Source: Bacteroidia bacterium (GTDB lineage Bacteria; Bacteroidota; Bacteroidia; M30B66). Taken from it: DNA of 64,000 nt. Both the position numbers and the translations under genes were made by a program. The stretch is from the NCBI GenBank assembly GCA_965279035.1, contig OZ257142.1:864001-928000 (forward strand), written 5' to 3'. The notes beneath the pieces were generated by a model, which was given only the letters and a program-made list of their open reading frames with translations, did not search any database and was not told the DNA's origin. Of the stretch, positions 1 to 14,042 are shown one piece after another. The first letter of the stretch is position 1. Each line of letters begins with the position of its first letter.

Positions 1-1
1 A

Positions 2-853
2 TCTCATTCTGATCTTGACTTTGAGATTATTCTGATTAATGATGGTTCTGATGATGGGTCATGGGAGGAAATAAATCAAGTATGTGAGTTAAATACGAGC
101 ACTAAAGCACTCTCTTTTTCAAGAAATTTCGGACAAGTTCCCGCGATTATTGCTGGTGCTCAATATTGTAAAGGAGATGCAGCCATCATTATGTCTGCCG
201 ATTTACAAGATCCAGTAAGCTTAATTTCTGACATGATTGCTGCTTGGAAGGAGTCTAGCCAGATTGCAGTATGTTATCGTATGGATAGAGAAGATTCGGC
301 ACTTGCCAATTTAACATCAGCCGTGTTTTATCGGTTTATGAAAATTGCTAATCCGATGATGCCAAAAGGGGGGTTTGATTTTGTTTTACTTGATAGAGCG
401 GCTATCGATGTTTTTGCAGCCATCGATGAACGTAATCGTTTCTTTCAAGGGGATATTTTGTGGATGGGATTTAATATTCGCTTTATTCCCTATAAAAGAA
501 TAAAACGGACCATCGGAAAATCACAATGGAGTTTTGGAAAGAAATTAAAATACTTTATTGATGGGGCATTGAATACTTCCTATATGCCTATTCGGTTTAT
601 GTCAATCGTTGGGATTAGTATCGCTTTTATAGGATTTATCTACGCCTTAGTTGTCATTTATGCGAGAATGATAAATCAAATTCCGTTTAAAGGATACGCT
701 CCGATTGTCATCTTAATTCTAGTAATCGGTGGAATGATTATGATCATGTTGGGAATCATCGGCGAATACCTATGGCGGATTTACGATGAAACTAGGAAAA
801 GGCCTATTTACATTGTAAAGGAAAAGGCCGGTAATTGGGAAGATTCGAAATAA
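2..853 (+). CDS. Glycosyltransferase family 2 (DPM1/ArnC-like polyprenol-phosphate glycosyltransferase), 5'-truncated by window edge
   Basis: Frame is open from position 2 (…EIILINDGSDD…FSRNFGQ…IMSADLQDP…), with two C-terminal TM helices and GIIGEYLWRIYDETRKRPIY. The ORF-track start at 191 is internal. Confidence 0.9.
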   Translation, partial: SHSDLDFEIILINDGSDDGSWEEINQVCELNTSTKALSFSRNFGQVPAIIAGAQYCKGDAAIIMSADLQDPVSLISDMIAAWKESSQIAVCYRMDREDSALANLTSAVFYRFMKIANPMMPKGGFDFVLLDRAAIDVFAAIDERNRFFQGDILWMGFNIRFIPYKRIKRTIGKSQWSFGKKLKYFIDGALNTSYMPIRFMSIVGISIAFIGFIYALVVIYARMINQIPFKGYAPIVILILVIGGMIMIMLGIIGEYLWRIYDETRKRPIYIVKEKAGNWEDSK

Positions 854-867
854 TCAATCTCTATAAA

Positions 868-908
868 TAAAACAGTCGTAATCTCTCATGAAATTACGTC
901 TGTTTTTA
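868..908. terminator. Probable bidirectional intrinsic terminator between convergent GT2 and eno
   Basis: AAAACAGTCGTAAT…ATTACGTCTGTTTT inverted repeat with A/T tracts on both sides. Confidence 0.6.
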
Positions 909-945
909 TAAGGACTTGACTCGATTTCAGGATAGAATAGGTTTT

Positions 946-3377
<2,432 letters not shown>

Positions 3378-3395
3378 TTTACGAGGCACAAGTTC

Positions 3396-3431
3396 AAAAA
3401 AAAAGGATAAAACCAATTGGCCTTATCCTTT
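3396..3431 (-). terminator. Intrinsic terminator ending the alpha operon (after rplQ)
   Basis: Minus strand AAAGGATAAGGCC-AATT-GGTTTTATCCTTT followed by a T run. Confidence 0.85.
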
Positions 3432-3456
3432 CAAAATGTTCACAATGTTGAAGTCA

Positions 3457-3951
3457 TCATTCAGCAGCTGTTTCTTCTGATTCAGAACTAGTTTCTGCTA
3501 CAGGCGCTGCTGGAGCATCTGCTTTTTTCTTAGCTGCTCCACTACGACGAGTTTTTTTCTCAACTTTTGCTTTCGCAGTTTTTTGAAGATTCTCGTTATA
3601 GTCTACTAATTCAATCATTGCCATCTCAGCATTATCTCCTAAACGATTGCCAAGTTTGATGATTCGAGTATATCCACCTGGACGATCAGCAATTTTTACT
3701 GATACATCGCGGAATAATTCAGCAACAGCATGCTTGTCTTTTAGGTAAGCAAATACAGTACGACGGCTATGTGTTGTATCTTCTTTCGATTTTGTAATCA
3801 AAGGTTCTACATAAACACGAAGTGCTTTCGCTTTTGCAAGCGTTGTATTGATCCGCTTGTGAAGAATCAATGAACTGGCAATATTTGCCATCATCGCCTT
3901 CCGATGTGGAGCGGTGCGACCTAGGTGATTTAATTTTTTACCGTGTCTCAT
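3457..3951 (-). CDS. rplQ: 50S ribosomal protein L17 with low-complexity C-terminal extension
   Basis: [13 protein letters not shown]…[10 protein letters not shown]; follows rpoA. Confidence 0.98.
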   Translation of the reverse strand: MRHGKKLNHLGRTAPHRKAMMANIASSLILHKRINTTLAKAKALRVYVEPLITKSKEDTTHSRRTVFAYLKDKHAVAELFRDVSVKIADRPGGYTRIIKLGNRLGDNAEMAMIELVDYNENLQKTAKAKVEKKTRRSGAAKKKADAPAAPVAETSSESEETAAE

Positions 3952-3988
3952 GATGCAATGTAATGTTCTTTAGCCTCTAGGGCTGTTT

Positions 3989-4981
3989 TTAGTCTTTGTC
4001 GAGTTTGTATTTGGCCAAATTCATTCCGAAGTTCAATTGTTTGCTCTGAACTAATTCTTCAAGCTCAGTCAAAGACTTCTTACCAAAATTGCGGAATTTC
4101 AATAGGTCATTTTTGTTGTATGATACGAGATCTGCAATTGTATCTACATCAGCTGCTTTAAGGCAGTTTAATGCACGTACACTTAAATCCATATCAACTA
4201 AACGAGTTTTCAAAAGTTGACGCATATGAAGAATGTCTTCATCGAATTCTTCAGTCGTTACTTTCTCTTCTACATCTTCTGTAATTTTCTCATCAGAGAA
4301 CAACATGAAATGCTGAATCAAAATCTTAGCTGCTTCTTTCAAAGCATCTTTAGGATGGATTGATCCATCACTAGTGATTTCAATAATCAATTTCTCGTAA
4401 TCCGTTTTTTGCTCTACACGGTAATTTTCAACTGAATATTTTACATTCCGAATTGGAGTATAAATAGAGTCGATTGGAATTAAACCGATTTGTTGTGTAG
4501 CTGGACGGTTTTCCTCTGCAGGAACGTATCCACGTCCTTTGTCAATGGTAATTTCCATTTTCAAATTCACCGATGGATCCATATTGCAAATCACAAAATC
4601 GTGATTTAAAACTTGGAAAGAAGAAGTGAATTTACCAATATCACCAGCAGTAAGTTGGCTCTGTCCATTAAGACTGATAACCACTTTTTCATGCTCAGTG
4701 CTATCGATTTGACGTTTAAATCGAACTTGTTTGAGGTTTAGAATGATCTCAGTAACATCTTCTACAACACCTTTGATAGTGGAGAACTCATGTTCAACGC
4801 CTTCAATTTTTATTGAAGTGATTGCGAATCCTTCTAAGGAAGAAAGTAGAATTCGACGGAGTGCATTCCCAACTGTAATTCCATACCCTGGTTCTAGTGG
4901 TCTGAACTCAAACTGACCATGTTGATCAGTCGATGAGATCATGATTACTTTGTCGGGACGTTGAAAAGCCAGTATTGCCAT
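3989..4981 (-). CDS. rpoA: RNA polymerase alpha subunit
   Basis: [21 protein letters not shown]; LSVRALNCL and NFGKKSL in the alpha-CTD. Confidence 0.99.
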   Translation of the reverse strand: MAILAFQRPDKVIMISSTDQHGQFEFRPLEPGYGITVGNALRRILLSSLEGFAITSIKIEGVEHEFSTIKGVVEDVTEIILNLKQVRFKRQIDSTEHEKVVISLNGQSQLTAGDIGKFTSSFQVLNHDFVICNMDPSVNLKMEITIDKGRGYVPAEENRPATQQIGLIPIDSIYTPIRNVKYSVENYRVEQKTDYEKLIIEITSDGSIHPKDALKEAAKILIQHFMLFSDEKITEDVEEKVTTEEFDEDILHMRQLLKTRLVDMDLSVRALNCLKAADVDTIADLVSYNKNDLLKFRNFGKKSLTELEELVQSKQLNFGMNLAKYKLDKD

Positions 4982-5024
4982 AGTATTCTTGGTTTGAAAT
5001 ATGAGGTTAAGGTCTTGTAACGAA

Positions 5025-5630
5025 TTATTTCGAGTACAATTCCACGATCAGTTGTTCCTTAATGTTTTCAGGAATCAGTTCACGTTCCGGATAATTTAGA
5101 AACGTACCACTGAGTGATGAAGCATTAAATTCCAACCAGGAATATTTATTAGTGTGACCTGAAAGTGCATTTACAATGACTTCCATAGATTTAGATTTTT
5201 CACGAACAGCGATTTTGTCACCAGCCTTCAATGTATAGGAAGGAATATTTACGACAGAACCATTCACAGTAATATGACGGTGAGAAACCAATTGGCGAGC
5301 TCCTGAACGAGTTGCTGATAAACCCATGCGGTAAACTACATTATCTAAACGTGCTTCAATTAACTTAAGAAGCATCTCACCTGTAACACCTTGTGCACGG
5401 CTTGCGCGATCAAAAATCAAAGCAAACTGCTTTTCTAGGATACCATAAGTATACTTTGCTTTTTGCTTTTCTTGAAGCTGAACTCCATATTCAGAAACTT
5501 TTTGACGTTTCTTAGAATTACCATGTTGTCCTGGAGGATAATTCTTTTTAGTTAGCACCTTATCCGGCCCAAAAATGGGTTCACGGAACTTACGTGCAAT
5601 CTTTGACTTAGGGCCTATATATCTTGCCAT
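5025..5630 (-). CDS. rpsD: 30S ribosomal protein S4
   Basis: MARYIGPK…PPGQHG…[10 protein letters not shown]…IVELYSK. Confidence 0.99.
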   Translation of the reverse strand: MARYIGPKSKIARKFREPIFGPDKVLTKKNYPPGQHGNSKKRQKVSEYGVQLQEKQKAKYTYGILEKQFALIFDRASRAQGVTGEMLLKLIEARLDNVVYRMGLSATRSGARQLVSHRHITVNGSVVNIPSYTLKAGDKIAVREKSKSMEVIVNALSGHTNKYSWLEFNASSLSGTFLNYPERELIPENIKEQLIVELYSK

Positions 5631-5655
5631 GAGGTTGTAATGTTAAAATGAATGA

Positions 5656-6045
5656 TTAAACGCGGCGGCGTTTAGGTGGACGGCAACCATTGTGTGGTAC
5701 CGGTGTTACGTCAACAATCTCGCTAACTTCAATACCGCTATTGTGTATCGTTCTGATTGCAGATTCACGACCACCACCTGGTCCTTTAACAAACACCTTC
5801 ACTTTACGTAATCCTAAATCATAAGCAACTTTGGAGCAGTCTCCTGCTGCCATTTGCCCTGCATAGGGTGTGTTTTTTTTAGATCCGCGAAATCCCATCT
5901 TGCCAGCAGAACTCCAGGAAATTACTTGTCCTGTTGTGTTGGTGAGGGAAACAATAATATTGTTAAATGTAGCATTGATGTGAGCATGACCCACTGCTTC
6001 TACTTTAACAACACGCTTCTTGGTTGTTTTGGTTGTTTTAGCCAT
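5656..6045 (-). CDS. rpsK: 30S ribosomal protein S11
   Basis: ATFNNIIVS…[18 protein letters not shown]. Confidence 0.99.
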   Translation of the reverse strand: MAKTTKTTKKRVVKVEAVGHAHINATFNNIIVSLTNTTGQVISWSSAGKMGFRGSKKNTPYAGQMAAGDCSKVAYDLGLRKVKVFVKGPGGGRESAIRTIHNSGIEVSEIVDVTPVPHNGCRPPKRRRV

Positions 6046-6083
6046 TTCTTAATGGATTCTTCGTTTTATTCGGTTAAAAAGAA

Positions 6084-6461
6084 TTATTTAGTTACCTTTT
6101 TCTTATTGGCAACTGTTTTCTTCTTCCCTTTCCGGGTACGAGCATTATTTTTTGTTGTTTGTCCGCGTACAGGTAATCCTGAACGATGACGAATACCGCG
6201 GTAAGATCCGATATCCATAAGTCGCTTAATATTGAGTTGAACTTCTGATCGAAGTGCTCCTTCTACTTTAAACGTATTATTGATGATATCACGAATCTTT
6301 CCTAGTTCATCGTCATTCCATTCCGATACTTTTTTATCGAATGAAATCCCCGCTTCATTAAGGATTCTCTGTGCTGTAGAGCGACCAATCCCAAAAATAT
6401 AGGTTAGTCCGATTTCTCCACGCTTATTTTTAGGAAGGTCAATTCCGGAAATACGAGCCAT
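6084..6461 (-). CDS. rpsM: 30S ribosomal protein S13
   Basis: [10 protein letters not shown]…[26 protein letters not shown]. Confidence 0.99.
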   Translation of the reverse strand: MARISGIDLPKNKRGEIGLTYIFGIGRSTAQRILNEAGISFDKKVSEWNDDELGKIRDIINNTFKVEGALRSEVQLNIKRLMDIGSYRGIRHRSGLPVRGQTTKNNARTRKGKKKTVANKKKVTK

Positions 6462-6480
6462 GTTTTATGCTGTTTGGTGC

Positions 6481-6597
6481 TTATCCTTGACGTTGTTTGA
6501 ACTTTGGATTCTTTTTGTTTATAACATAAAGTCTCCCTTTGCGGCGTACAATCTTGCAGTCCACACTCCGTTTTTTGATGGAGGTTTTTACTTTCAT
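6481..6597 (-). CDS. rpmJ: 50S ribosomal protein L36 (zinc-free type), absent from ORF track
   Basis: Manual translation [38 protein letters not shown], lying between infA and rpsM. Confidence 0.97.
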   Translation of the reverse strand: MKVKTSIKKRSVDCKIVRRKGRLYVINKKNPKFKQRQG

Positions 6598-6604
6598 TGT
6601 GTTA

Positions 6605-6823
6605 TTATTTGTAGCGATAAGTTATTCGACCTTTTGACAGATCGTATGGAGACATCTCCACTTTTACCTTATCACCGGGTAAAATCTTGATATAGTGCAT
6701 ACGCATCTTTCCAGATATGTGTGCTATGATGACGTGCTCGTTCTCCAGTTCCACTCGGAACATTGCATTAGACAATGCTTCGATAATGGTTCCGTCTTGT
6801 TCGATGGAGGACTGTTTTGACAC
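6605..6823 (-). CDS. infA: Translation initiation factor IF-1 (GTG start)
   Basis: [14 protein letters not shown]…[19 protein letters not shown]. Confidence 0.98.
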   Translation of the reverse strand: MSKQSSIEQDGTIIEALSNAMFRVELENEHVIIAHISGKMRMHYIKILPGDKVKVEMSPYDLSKGRITYRYK

Positions 6824-6845
6824 GCTTGTCTTTCTTTTTTATTCG

Positions 6846-7637
6846 TTATACAATCAATTCATTTCGTTCTTTCAGAACTTCTTCCACAAACTCAAAAGAG
6901 GAAAGAATATCTGCTTTGCCTTTTTGTATCGCAATCGTATGTTCAAAATGAGCAGAAGGCTTATTATCAGCGGTGCGAATGGTCCAACCATCTTTACCAT
7001 GAATAACATTCTTTTTCCCCATATTGATCATAGGTTCAATTGCTATCACTAATCCTTCGAGAAGTTTAATTCCCGATCCTCGTTTTCCAAAATTTGGAAC
7101 TTCCGGTGATTCGTGAAGATTTCTACCAATTCCATGACCTACTAATTCACGAACAACTGAATATCCATGCTTTTCACAGTAGGTTTGAATTTCGTAGCTG
7201 ATATCATGAAGACGTTTTCCGGGAAGCGCTACTCCAATTCCTCGAAGTAAGCTTTCTTTTGTAACGCTCATTAATTGCTTTTTTTCTTCTGAAACTTCAC
7301 CAACACCAAATGTATAGGCAGAGTCTCCGAAGAAACCGTTTTTTAAAGCACCACAATCAACCGATATTATATCGCCTGATTCATATGGCCGATTATCTGG
7401 TATTCCATGAACAACTTGTTCATTTGGAGAAATACACAGAGAATTTGGAAATCCACCATATCCTTTAAAAGCCGGAATACCTCCATGATCACGGATGTAT
7501 TCTTCAGCAATTTTATCCAGCTGCAAACTGGTAACCCCGGGGCTGATGATTTTAGCAACTTCCGCCAGGGTGCGGGCAACAAGTAAAGAACTAACTCTTA
7601 TGCATTCAATTTCTTCAGCGGTCTTGTAATAGATCAT
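6846..7637 (-). CDS. map: Type I methionine aminopeptidase
   Basis: VVHGIP, DIISVDCG…GDSA, GHGIG…HESP, EPMIN, SAHFEHT. Confidence 0.97.
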   Translation of the reverse strand: MIYYKTAEEIECIRVSSLLVARTLAEVAKIISPGVTSLQLDKIAEEYIRDHGGIPAFKGYGGFPNSLCISPNEQVVHGIPDNRPYESGDIISVDCGALKNGFFGDSAYTFGVGEVSEEKKQLMSVTKESLLRGIGVALPGKRLHDISYEIQTYCEKHGYSVVRELVGHGIGRNLHESPEVPNFGKRGSGIKLLEGLVIAIEPMINMGKKNVIHGKDGWTIRTADNKPSAHFEHTIAIQKGKADILSSFEFVEEVLKERNELIV

Positions 7638-7647
7638 CTAAAGAAGT

Positions 7648-9000
7648 TTAGCTTGCCATACTCACAGGAGAAGTGGCATTTGCACGCCCCTTAATTCTTC
7701 CACTCTTCATCAAACCATCATATTGACGCATCAATAAATGACTTTCAATTTGTTGAAGAGTATCTAAAACTACCCCTACTAGAATTAGTAGTGAGGTACC
7801 TCCGTAAAATTGTGCGAATTTATTTGTAACTCCTATCATCATTGCCATTGCTGGCAAAATTGCCACAACTGCTAAGAAAATAGCGCCTGGCAGAGTAATT
7901 CTTGACATGATATTATCAATGAATTCTGCTGTTTGACGACCTGGTTGAATTCCTGGAACAAAACCTCCGTTTCGTTTCATTTCTTCAGCCATGTTTTTAG
8001 GATTTACAGTAATAGCTGTATAGAAATAAGTGAAAAGAATAATCATTACAGCAAATGTGAAATTGTACCAGAATCCCGTTACGTTAGAAAATGTTGCCAT
8101 TATTCCTTGTAATGATTCAATTCCAGCATAACCAACAATCGTAATTGGAATAAACATGATTGCCTGAGCAAAGATAATTGGCATTACACCAGCTGCATTT
8201 ACTCTAAGTGGGATGTATTGTCTCGCTCCACCAACTTGTTTATTACCTTGAATTCTCTTTGCTACTTGTACTGGAATTCTACGAACCCCTTGCACAAGCA
8301 TGATTGACATGATAACAATGAATAATAGAATAACAAGTTCAAGTAGGAACATTACCATTCCACCACCTTGTTGTTCTACGCGAGATCCAAATTCAGCAAC
8401 GATTGCAGCTGGTAGATTCGCAATAATTCCAACCATGATGATTAGTGAAATTCCATTCCCAATACCACGATCGGTAATTCTTTCACCTAGCCACATAATG
8501 AACATTGTTCCAGCAACTAAAATGATTGTTGATGATATCCAAAAATAGGCTGTATGATCAGAGATAGCATTTACCCCTAACTGTTGATTCAAATTTGCTA
8601 AATATCCCGGAGCTTGAAATGCTGTAATTACAACGGTTAGGTACCGAGTAAATTGATTCATTTTCTTTCTTCCACTTTCCCCTTCTTTCTGCATTTTCTG
8701 GAAATAAGGAACTGCAATTGTTAAAAGTTGAATAACAATGGAAGCAGAAATATAAGGCATGATACCAAGAGCGAAAATGGAAGCATTCGAAAACGCTCCA
8801 CCTGAAAACATATTGAGTAATCCAAGAATACCTTCAGATGTTTGTTGCTTTAAGGCACCAAGTGCATTGGGATCAACACCGGGCAATACCACGAACGAGC
8901 CCAGACGATAAATGAGCAAGAATAGCAGCGTATTACCAATTTTGGTACGAAGCTCTTCGACTTTATAAATGTTCTTTATGGTATTGATCAGGTTCTTCAT
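7648..9000 (-). CDS. secY: Preprotein translocase SecY
   Basis: SIFALGIMPYISASI, GIGNGISLII, GVMPIIFA, GGTSLLI. Confidence 0.99.
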   Translation of the reverse strand: MKNLINTIKNIYKVEELRTKIGNTLLFLLIYRLGSFVVLPGVDPNALGALKQQTSEGILGLLNMFSGGAFSNASIFALGIMPYISASIVIQLLTIAVPYFQKMQKEGESGRKKMNQFTRYLTVVITAFQAPGYLANLNQQLGVNAISDHTAYFWISSTIILVAGTMFIMWLGERITDRGIGNGISLIIMVGIIANLPAAIVAEFGSRVEQQGGGMVMFLLELVILLFIVIMSIMLVQGVRRIPVQVAKRIQGNKQVGGARQYIPLRVNAAGVMPIIFAQAIMFIPITIVGYAGIESLQGIMATFSNVTGFWYNFTFAVMIILFTYFYTAITVNPKNMAEEMKRNGGFVPGIQPGRQTAEFIDNIMSRITLPGAIFLAVVAILPAMAMMIGVTNKFAQFYGGTSLLILVGVVLDTLQQIESHLLMRQYDGLMKSGRIKGRANATSPVSMAS

Positions 9001-9449
9001 CAGGCAATTGTTGTAGCGCTGCCGCCCAGTGATTCAATCGCAGTCTTTGCAGCTGCAGTGTATGCATGAACTGTAATTGCAAGTTTTGCAGTTAGTTCAC
9101 CTCTTCCTAAAATCTTTATGCGATCATTTTTAGACGCAAGTCCATTCTCTTGAAGAGTATCAAATGTAATCGCATCAATTTTCTTGGCTTCAGCTAATTT
9201 TTGAAGCGTATCTAGATTGATACCGCGGTATTCAACTCGGTTAATGTTCTTAAAACCAAATTTAGGAACACGACGTTGAAGTGGCATTTGACCTCCTTCA
9301 AAACCTACTTTGCTTGAATAACCTGAACGTGATTTCGCTCCTTTATGACCGCGGGTAGATGTACCACCACGACCAGAGCCTTGTCCACGACCAATGCGTT
9401 TGCTGCTTTTTACTGAGCCTGATGCCGGCTTAAGATTACTGAGGTTCAT
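9000..9449 (-). CDS. rplO: 50S ribosomal protein L15
   Basis: RIGRGQGSGRGGTSTRGHKG…FEGGQMPLQRRVPKFGF. Confidence 0.99.
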   Translation of the reverse strand: MNLSNLKPASGSVKSSKRIGRGQGSGRGGTSTRGHKGAKSRSGYSSKVGFEGGQMPLQRRVPKFGFKNINRVEYRGINLDTLQKLAEAKKIDAITFDTLQENGLASKNDRIKILGRGELTAKLAITVHAYTAAAKTAIESLGGSATTIA

Positions 9450-9465
9450 TTCTAAACGCTTTATT

Positions 9466-9645
9466 TCAGATTTCCTCTACGGAAACTAAATGTTTGATTT
9501 TATTTACCATTCCTAAAATTTGAGGAGTGGCTTCATGCTCAACAGGATTATGCATTTTGCGAATCCCAAGTGCACGCAGTGTCAATTTTTGACGTTCTGG
9601 ACGGTCAATACCGCTTTTGATCTGTGTGATTTTTATTTTAGACAT
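9466..9645 (-). CDS. rpmD: 50S ribosomal protein L30, absent from ORF track
   Basis: Manual translation MSKIKITQIKSGIDRPERQKLTLRALGIRKMHNPVEHEATPQILGMVNKIKHLVSVEEI*, lying between rpsE and rplO. Confidence 0.96.
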   Translation of the reverse strand: MSKIKITQIKSGIDRPERQKLTLRALGIRKMHNPVEHEATPQILGMVNKIKHLVSVEEI

Positions 9646-9656
9646 GGGAATTCAAA

Positions 9657-10175
9657 TTATCCGTTGAATACTTTTTCCATAGTAATACCGCGTTGCTGAG
9701 CGATAGTTGCAGGGTCACGCATTAAACTAAGTGCATGAATTGTTGCCTTTACCACGTTATGCGGATTTGAAGATCCTTTTGATTTTGCTAGTACATCTGT
9801 AATACCAACACTCTCCAATACAGCACGCATTGCACCTCCAGCTATTACACCAGTTCCATGCGCAGCAGGCTTAAGGAATACAAGAGCTCCACCGAACTTT
9901 CCAATTTGCTCATGCGGCACAGTACCATTGATTACTGGAACTTTTATTAAAGTCTTTTTAGCATCATCAACACCTTTGCTAATCGCATCGGTGACTTCTT
10001 TTGCTTTTCCAAGACCATGTCCAACAATCCCCTTTTCATTCCCTACAACTACTATAGCTGAGAATGTAAAGGCGCGACCACCTTTGGTTACTTTGGTTAC
10101 GCGATTTACGCCAACCAGCTTATCTTTTAATTCAATTTCGCTGGAGCGAACTCGTTTTATATTTGCGTTTGCCAT
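9657..10175 (-). CDS. rpsE: 30S ribosomal protein S5
   Basis: [10 protein letters not shown]…GTGVIAGG; start set to ATG at 10175 (MANANIK) to avoid overlapping rplR. Confidence 0.97.
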   Translation of the reverse strand: MANANIKRVRSSEIELKDKLVGVNRVTKVTKGGRAFTFSAIVVVGNEKGIVGHGLGKAKEVTDAISKGVDDAKKTLIKVPVINGTVPHEQIGKFGGALVFLKPAAHGTGVIAGGAMRAVLESVGITDVLAKSKGSSNPHNVVKATIHALSLMRDPATIAQQRGITMEKVFNG

Positions 10176-10182
10176 GTTCTGT

Positions 10183-10539
10183 TTAGAATTTAAGACCACC
10201 TTCACGTGCACCTTCAGCTAGGGACTTAACCCGACCATGGTACAAATATCCATTTCTGTCGAAACGAACTTCGTTAATTCCAGCTTCTAATGCTTTCGCA
10301 GCGATTGCTTTGCCTACAAGAGTAGCTTGTTCGATCTTGTTTACTTTTTTAGAAGATATAGCCGCTTCAGCTGATGAAGCTGCAAGTAAAGTATGTCCTT
10401 TACTGTCGTCTATTAATTGAACGTATATATCCTTATTGCTGCGGAAAACACTCATGCGTGGAGCATTAGAAGTTCCAACAACCACCTTGCGGATGCGTTC
10501 TTTAATTCGAGCTCTTCTGTATTCTTTCGTGATAGCCAT
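10183..10539 (-). CDS. rplR: 50S ribosomal protein L18
   Basis: [10 protein letters not shown]…[13 protein letters not shown]. Confidence 0.98.
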   Translation of the reverse strand: MAITKEYRRARIKERIRKVVVGTSNAPRMSVFRSNKDIYVQLIDDSKGHTLLAASSAEAAISSKKVNKIEQATLVGKAIAAKALEAGINEVRFDRNGYLYHGRVKSLAEGAREGGLKF

Positions 10540-10554
10540 GATCCGGAATGATTC

Positions 10555-11112
10555 TTATTTCTTACCAGCAGATTTACCAGCTTTACGGCGAAGCACTTCT
10601 CCCACGAACTTAATACCTTTTCCTTTATACGGTTCAGGTTTACGTAATGAGCGAATTTTTGCTGCCACCATACCCAGTAATTGTTTGTCGGTGGATTTCA
10701 TAATGATGAGCGGATTTTTACCACGCTCTGTTTTGGTTTCTACTTGAATCTCTTTTGGTAATTCAAACGTAATATTGTGAGAATATCCTAATGAAAGCTC
10801 AAGTATTTGACCTGTATTAGCTGCACGGTAACCCACACCAACTAATTCTTGTTCTGTAGTAAAGCCTTCAGAAACTCCTTTAACCATATTGGCTATTAGT
10901 GAACGATAAAGCCCGTGTTTTGCACGTTGATCTTTATCATCATTCTGACGACTAACTGTAATTGTTCCTTCTTCAATACTAAGTTTGATTTCAGGATCAA
11001 CTGCTTGATGTAATTCTCCTAGAGGCCCTTTAACTGTAATCAGGTTGTTAGAAGCTACTGAAACAGTAACTCCATTTGGCAACGTGACAGGCATTTTTCC
11101 AATACGTGACAT
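10555..11112 (-). CDS. rplF: 50S ribosomal protein L6
   Basis: Starts MSRIGKMP at 11112; RKPEPYKGKGI. Confidence 0.98.
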   Translation of the reverse strand: MSRIGKMPVTLPNGVTVSVASNNLITVKGPLGELHQAVDPEIKLSIEEGTITVSRQNDDKDQRAKHGLYRSLIANMVKGVSEGFTTEQELVGVGYRAANTGQILELSLGYSHNITFELPKEIQVETKTERGKNPLIIMKSTDKQLLGMVAAKIRSLRKPEPYKGKGIKFVGEVLRRKAGKSAGKK

Positions 11113-11131
11113 GATTTTTCCTCTTTGGCGA

Positions 11132-11536
11132 TTAATATACGTAACAAAGAACTTCTCCACCAACATTCTCACGACGTGCTTCCTTATCGGTCATTACGCC
11201 TTTGGATGTAGATAGAATTGCGATTCCTAATCCATTGATTACACGTGGTATTTTAGCTACGTGTGTGTACTTACGAAGTCCTGGCTTAGAAACTCTTGAA
11301 AGTGTTCTAATTGCTGGAATCTTTGTAACAGGATGATATTTTAATGCAATCTTGATCGTGCCCTGAGGATCAGTCGTTGTTGCATCCTCAAATTTATAAC
11401 TGAGAATATATCCTTTTTCAAAAAGGATTTTTGTCATCTCCCGCTTCAACTTAGATGAAGGAATTTCTGCAACGCGGTGATTAGCGTTTATTGCATTCCT
11501 TAATCGGGTTAAATAATCTGCGATAGGGTCGGTCAT
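11132..11536 (-). CDS. rpsH: 30S ribosomal protein S8
   Basis: MTDPIADYLTRLRNA…SKPGLRKY…GGEVLCYVY. Confidence 0.99.
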   Translation of the reverse strand: MTDPIADYLTRLRNAINANHRVAEIPSSKLKREMTKILFEKGYILSYKFEDATTTDPQGTIKIALKYHPVTKIPAIRTLSRVSKPGLRKYTHVAKIPRVINGLGIAILSTSKGVMTDKEARRENVGGEVLCYVY

Positions 11537-11568
11537 TGTTGATCGTATTTATTGATTCTTATTGCGAA

Positions 11569-11838
11569 TTACCAGCTTGCTTTTGTAATTCCAGGGATTT
11601 TCCCATCGGATGCCATTTCACGGAATGTGATACGAGATAATCCGAATTGACGGATATATCCTCTTGGACGACCCGTTAATTTGCAACGATTACGAAGACG
11701 AATCTTCGATGAATTGCGTGGAAGTTTTTGAAGTCCTACTGAATCTCCTGCAGCTTTTAATGCTGCTCTTTTTTCAGCATAACGTTCAACCATTTTCGCT
11801 CGTTTTACTTCACGAGCTTTCATGCTTTCCTTAGCCAT
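11569..11838 (-). CDS. rpsN: 30S ribosomal protein S14 (89-aa zinc-free type)
   Basis: [12 protein letters not shown]…GITKASW. Confidence 0.98.
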   Translation of the reverse strand: MAKESMKAREVKRAKMVERYAEKRAALKAAGDSVGLQKLPRNSSKIRLRNRCKLTGRPRGYIRQFGLSRITFREMASDGKIPGITKASW

Positions 11839-11844
11839 CGTCGC

Positions 11845-12402
11845 TTATTTTTTTAAATTTTTAAACGGAAGTCCGAACTCACGAAGTAGTGCGAAAGCTT
11901 CTTTATCTGTTGATGCGTTTGTAACAAAGGTAATATCCATACCCATGATACGCGTTACTTTATCAATGTTGATTTCAGGGAAAATGATTTGCTCAGTTAC
12001 ACCTAAAGTGTAATTACCGTGACCATCAAATCCTTTATCATTGATTCCGCGGAAATCACGGATACGAGGTAAAGCAACAACAATAAGACGCTCAAGGAAC
12101 TCATACATTTGATCTCCTCTAAGTGTTACTCTTGCTCCAATAGCAACTCCTTTACGAAGTTTGAAATTGGAAATATCTTTCTTTGATTTTGTTGCAACTG
12201 CTTTTTGACCAGTAATCATAGTCATTTCAGCTATTGCAGAATCAATTAATTTTTTATCAGATACTGCTGATCCAATTCCTTGGTTAATACAGATCTTCTC
12301 TAATTTAGGTACTTGCATTGTGCTTTTGTACCCAAATTCTGAAAGTAAAGCAGCAGAAATTTCTTTGCGATACTTGGTTTTGAGGTTCGGTGTGTATTCC
12401 AT
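11845..12402 (-). CDS. rplE: 50S ribosomal protein L5
   Basis: [12 protein letters not shown]…LPRIRDFRG…EQIIFPEI; ATG at 12402 overlaps the rplX stop. Confidence 0.98.
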   Translation of the reverse strand: MEYTPNLKTKYRKEISAALLSEFGYKSTMQVPKLEKICINQGIGSAVSDKKLIDSAIAEMTMITGQKAVATKSKKDISNFKLRKGVAIGARVTLRGDQMYEFLERLIVVALPRIRDFRGINDKGFDGHGNYTLGVTEQIIFPEINIDKVTRIMGMDITFVTNASTDKEAFALLREFGLPFKNLKK

Positions 12403-12719
12403 CACTTAATGATCTCCCCTGTTTTTTTAGAAAAACGAACTAGTTTGCCTTCGGCATCAGCTTTACGGCCAGTTCGCGTAGGTTTTCCTGTTTTAGGCTC
12501 AATTAACATTAGGTTGGAGATGTGAATCGGTCCTTCCATTTTAATAATCCCGCCTTGTGGATATTTTGTGCTTGCCTTGGCATGTTTTGAAATCATGTTT
12601 GCTCCAATTACAATTGCACGCATTTTTTTTGTGTCAATTTCACGTACTTCTCCAACCTGACCTTTTGAGTCGCCAGATAGTACTGTTACTTTATCTCCTT
12701 TTTTGATGTGAAGTTTCAT
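12402..12719 (-). CDS. rplX: 50S ribosomal protein L24
   Basis: [16 protein letters not shown] (KOW), PIHISN. Confidence 0.98.
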   Translation of the reverse strand: MKLHIKKGDKVTVLSGDSKGQVGEVREIDTKKMRAIVIGANMISKHAKASTKYPQGGIIKMEGPIHISNLMLIEPKTGKPTRTGRKADAEGKLVRFSKKTGEIIK

Positions 12720-12734
12720 CGCTCTTTAGCTGAT

Positions 12735-13103
12735 TTAAAGTACCTCAGGTGCTAGGGATACGATTTTCATAAACTGTTTTTCACGCAGTTCACGAGCAAC
12801 CGGTCCAAAAATACGGGTACCACGCAATTCGTCATTATTATTTAACAGCACTACGGCATTATCATCAAAACGGATGTATGAACCATCAGCGCGGCGTATT
12901 TCTTTTTTTGTTCGAACAACAACCGCTTTGGTTACTGATCCTTTTTTTGCATTTCCAGATGGCAACGCATGTTTAACGGTAACAACTATTTTGTCACCAA
13001 CAGATGCATAGCGTTTTTTAGTTCCACCTAAAACACGAATACAAAGCACCTCTTTTGCGCCACTATTATCTGCTACTGTTAAACGGGATTCCTGTTGTAT
13101 CAT
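12735..13103 (-). CDS. rplN: 50S ribosomal protein L14
   Basis: [17 protein letters not shown]…[12 protein letters not shown]. Confidence 0.99.
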   Translation of the reverse strand: MIQQESRLTVADNSGAKEVLCIRVLGGTKKRYASVGDKIVVTVKHALPSGNAKKGSVTKAVVVRTKKEIRRADGSYIRFDDNAVVLLNNNDELRGTRIFGPVARELREKQFMKIVSLAPEVL

Positions 13104-13132
13104 GACTCAATTCTTGATCTGTTCGGGTTCTT

Positions 13133-13396
13133 TTATTTCGCACGCTCAATAATCTCAACCATTCTCCAACGTTTGTTTTTGCTCATTGGGCGGGTTTCGC
13201 TGATTTTTACAGTATCACCGATACCGCATTCATTTTTGTCATCGTGTGCAAAAAAGGTTGTTGTCTTTTTTACAAATTTCCCGTATTTAGGATGCTTTAC
13301 TTTACGTTCTACTGCAACAACAACGGTTTTATCCATTTTGTTACTACGAACGAGTCCAGTACGTTCTTTACGGAGGTTTCTTTCAATAGCTTCCAT
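13133..13396 (-). CDS. rpsQ: 30S ribosomal protein S17
   Basis: [14 protein letters not shown]…[11 protein letters not shown]; start set to ATG at 13396. Confidence 0.97.
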   Translation of the reverse strand: MEAIERNLRKERTGLVRSNKMDKTVVVAVERKVKHPKYGKFVKKTTTFFAHDDKNECGIGDTVKISETRPMSKNKRWRMVEIIERAK

Positions 13397-13403
13397 CAGC
13401 TTA

Positions 13404-13607
13404 TTAATTAGCGGTTGATGTGAGTTCACGCTTGCGAAGTTCCGTTTTCATACGAGCAATTGCACGTCGTGTAGAACGAATCTTCAGTGGATTCTCAATT
13501 GTAGATACTGTATGGTTAAATACCATTTTAGCTAGTACCTGTGTTTCTTCTTGTATTTTGTCTTTCAATTCTACAATTGAAAGATCCTGAACTTGATCTT
13601 GTTTCAT
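13404..13607 (-). CDS. rpmC: 50S ribosomal protein L29
   Basis: [18 protein letters not shown]; position between rplP and rpsQ. Confidence 0.95.
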   Translation of the reverse strand: MKQDQVQDLSIVELKDKIQEETQVLAKMVFNHTVSTIENPLKIRSTRRAIARMKTELRKRELTSTAN

Positions 13608-13613
13608 GGCTTA

Positions 13614-14042
13614 TCAGGCAGTTGCTTCTACGTAATCACGACGAACTATGAACTTCGTAGTTACTGGTAATTTTTGAGCTGCTAATCGAAGTGCTTCTTT
13701 TGCAATTTCCATTGGAACACCTTCTGCTTCGAAAATAATTGTTCCTGGTTTTACTACAGCAACCCAATATTCTGGAGCTCCTTTACCTTTACCCATACGA
13801 ACCTCTGCTGGTTTTTTGGTAATTGGCTTATCAGGGAAAACGCGAATCCAAATTTGACCTTCACGCTTCATATAACGAGTTACAGCAATACGAGCAGCCT
13901 CTATTTGACGTGCTGTCATCCATACACCCTCCATTGCTTTTATCCCAAAAGAGCCGAATGCTAACTCGTGTCCACGTGTTGCATTTCCGTGCATCTTCAT
14001 TTTATGCTGCTTCCTGTACTTCGTACGTTTCGGCTGTAACAT
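13614..14042 (-). CDS. rplP: 50S ribosomal protein L16
   Basis: [11 protein letters not shown]…RMGKGKG. Confidence 0.99.
   Translation of the reverse strand: MLQPKRTKYRKQHKMKMHGNATRGHELAFGSFGIKAMEGVWMTARQIEAARIAVTRYMKREGQIWIRVFPDKPITKKPAEVRMGKGKGAPEYWVAVVKPGTIIFEAEGVPMEIAKEALRLAAQKLPVTTKFIVRRDYVEATA

Noticed and set aside
6481-11838. Zinc-free L36 and S14 in the main operon; extended L17, S3 and S12 C-termini
   Set aside because: Typical of the phylum.
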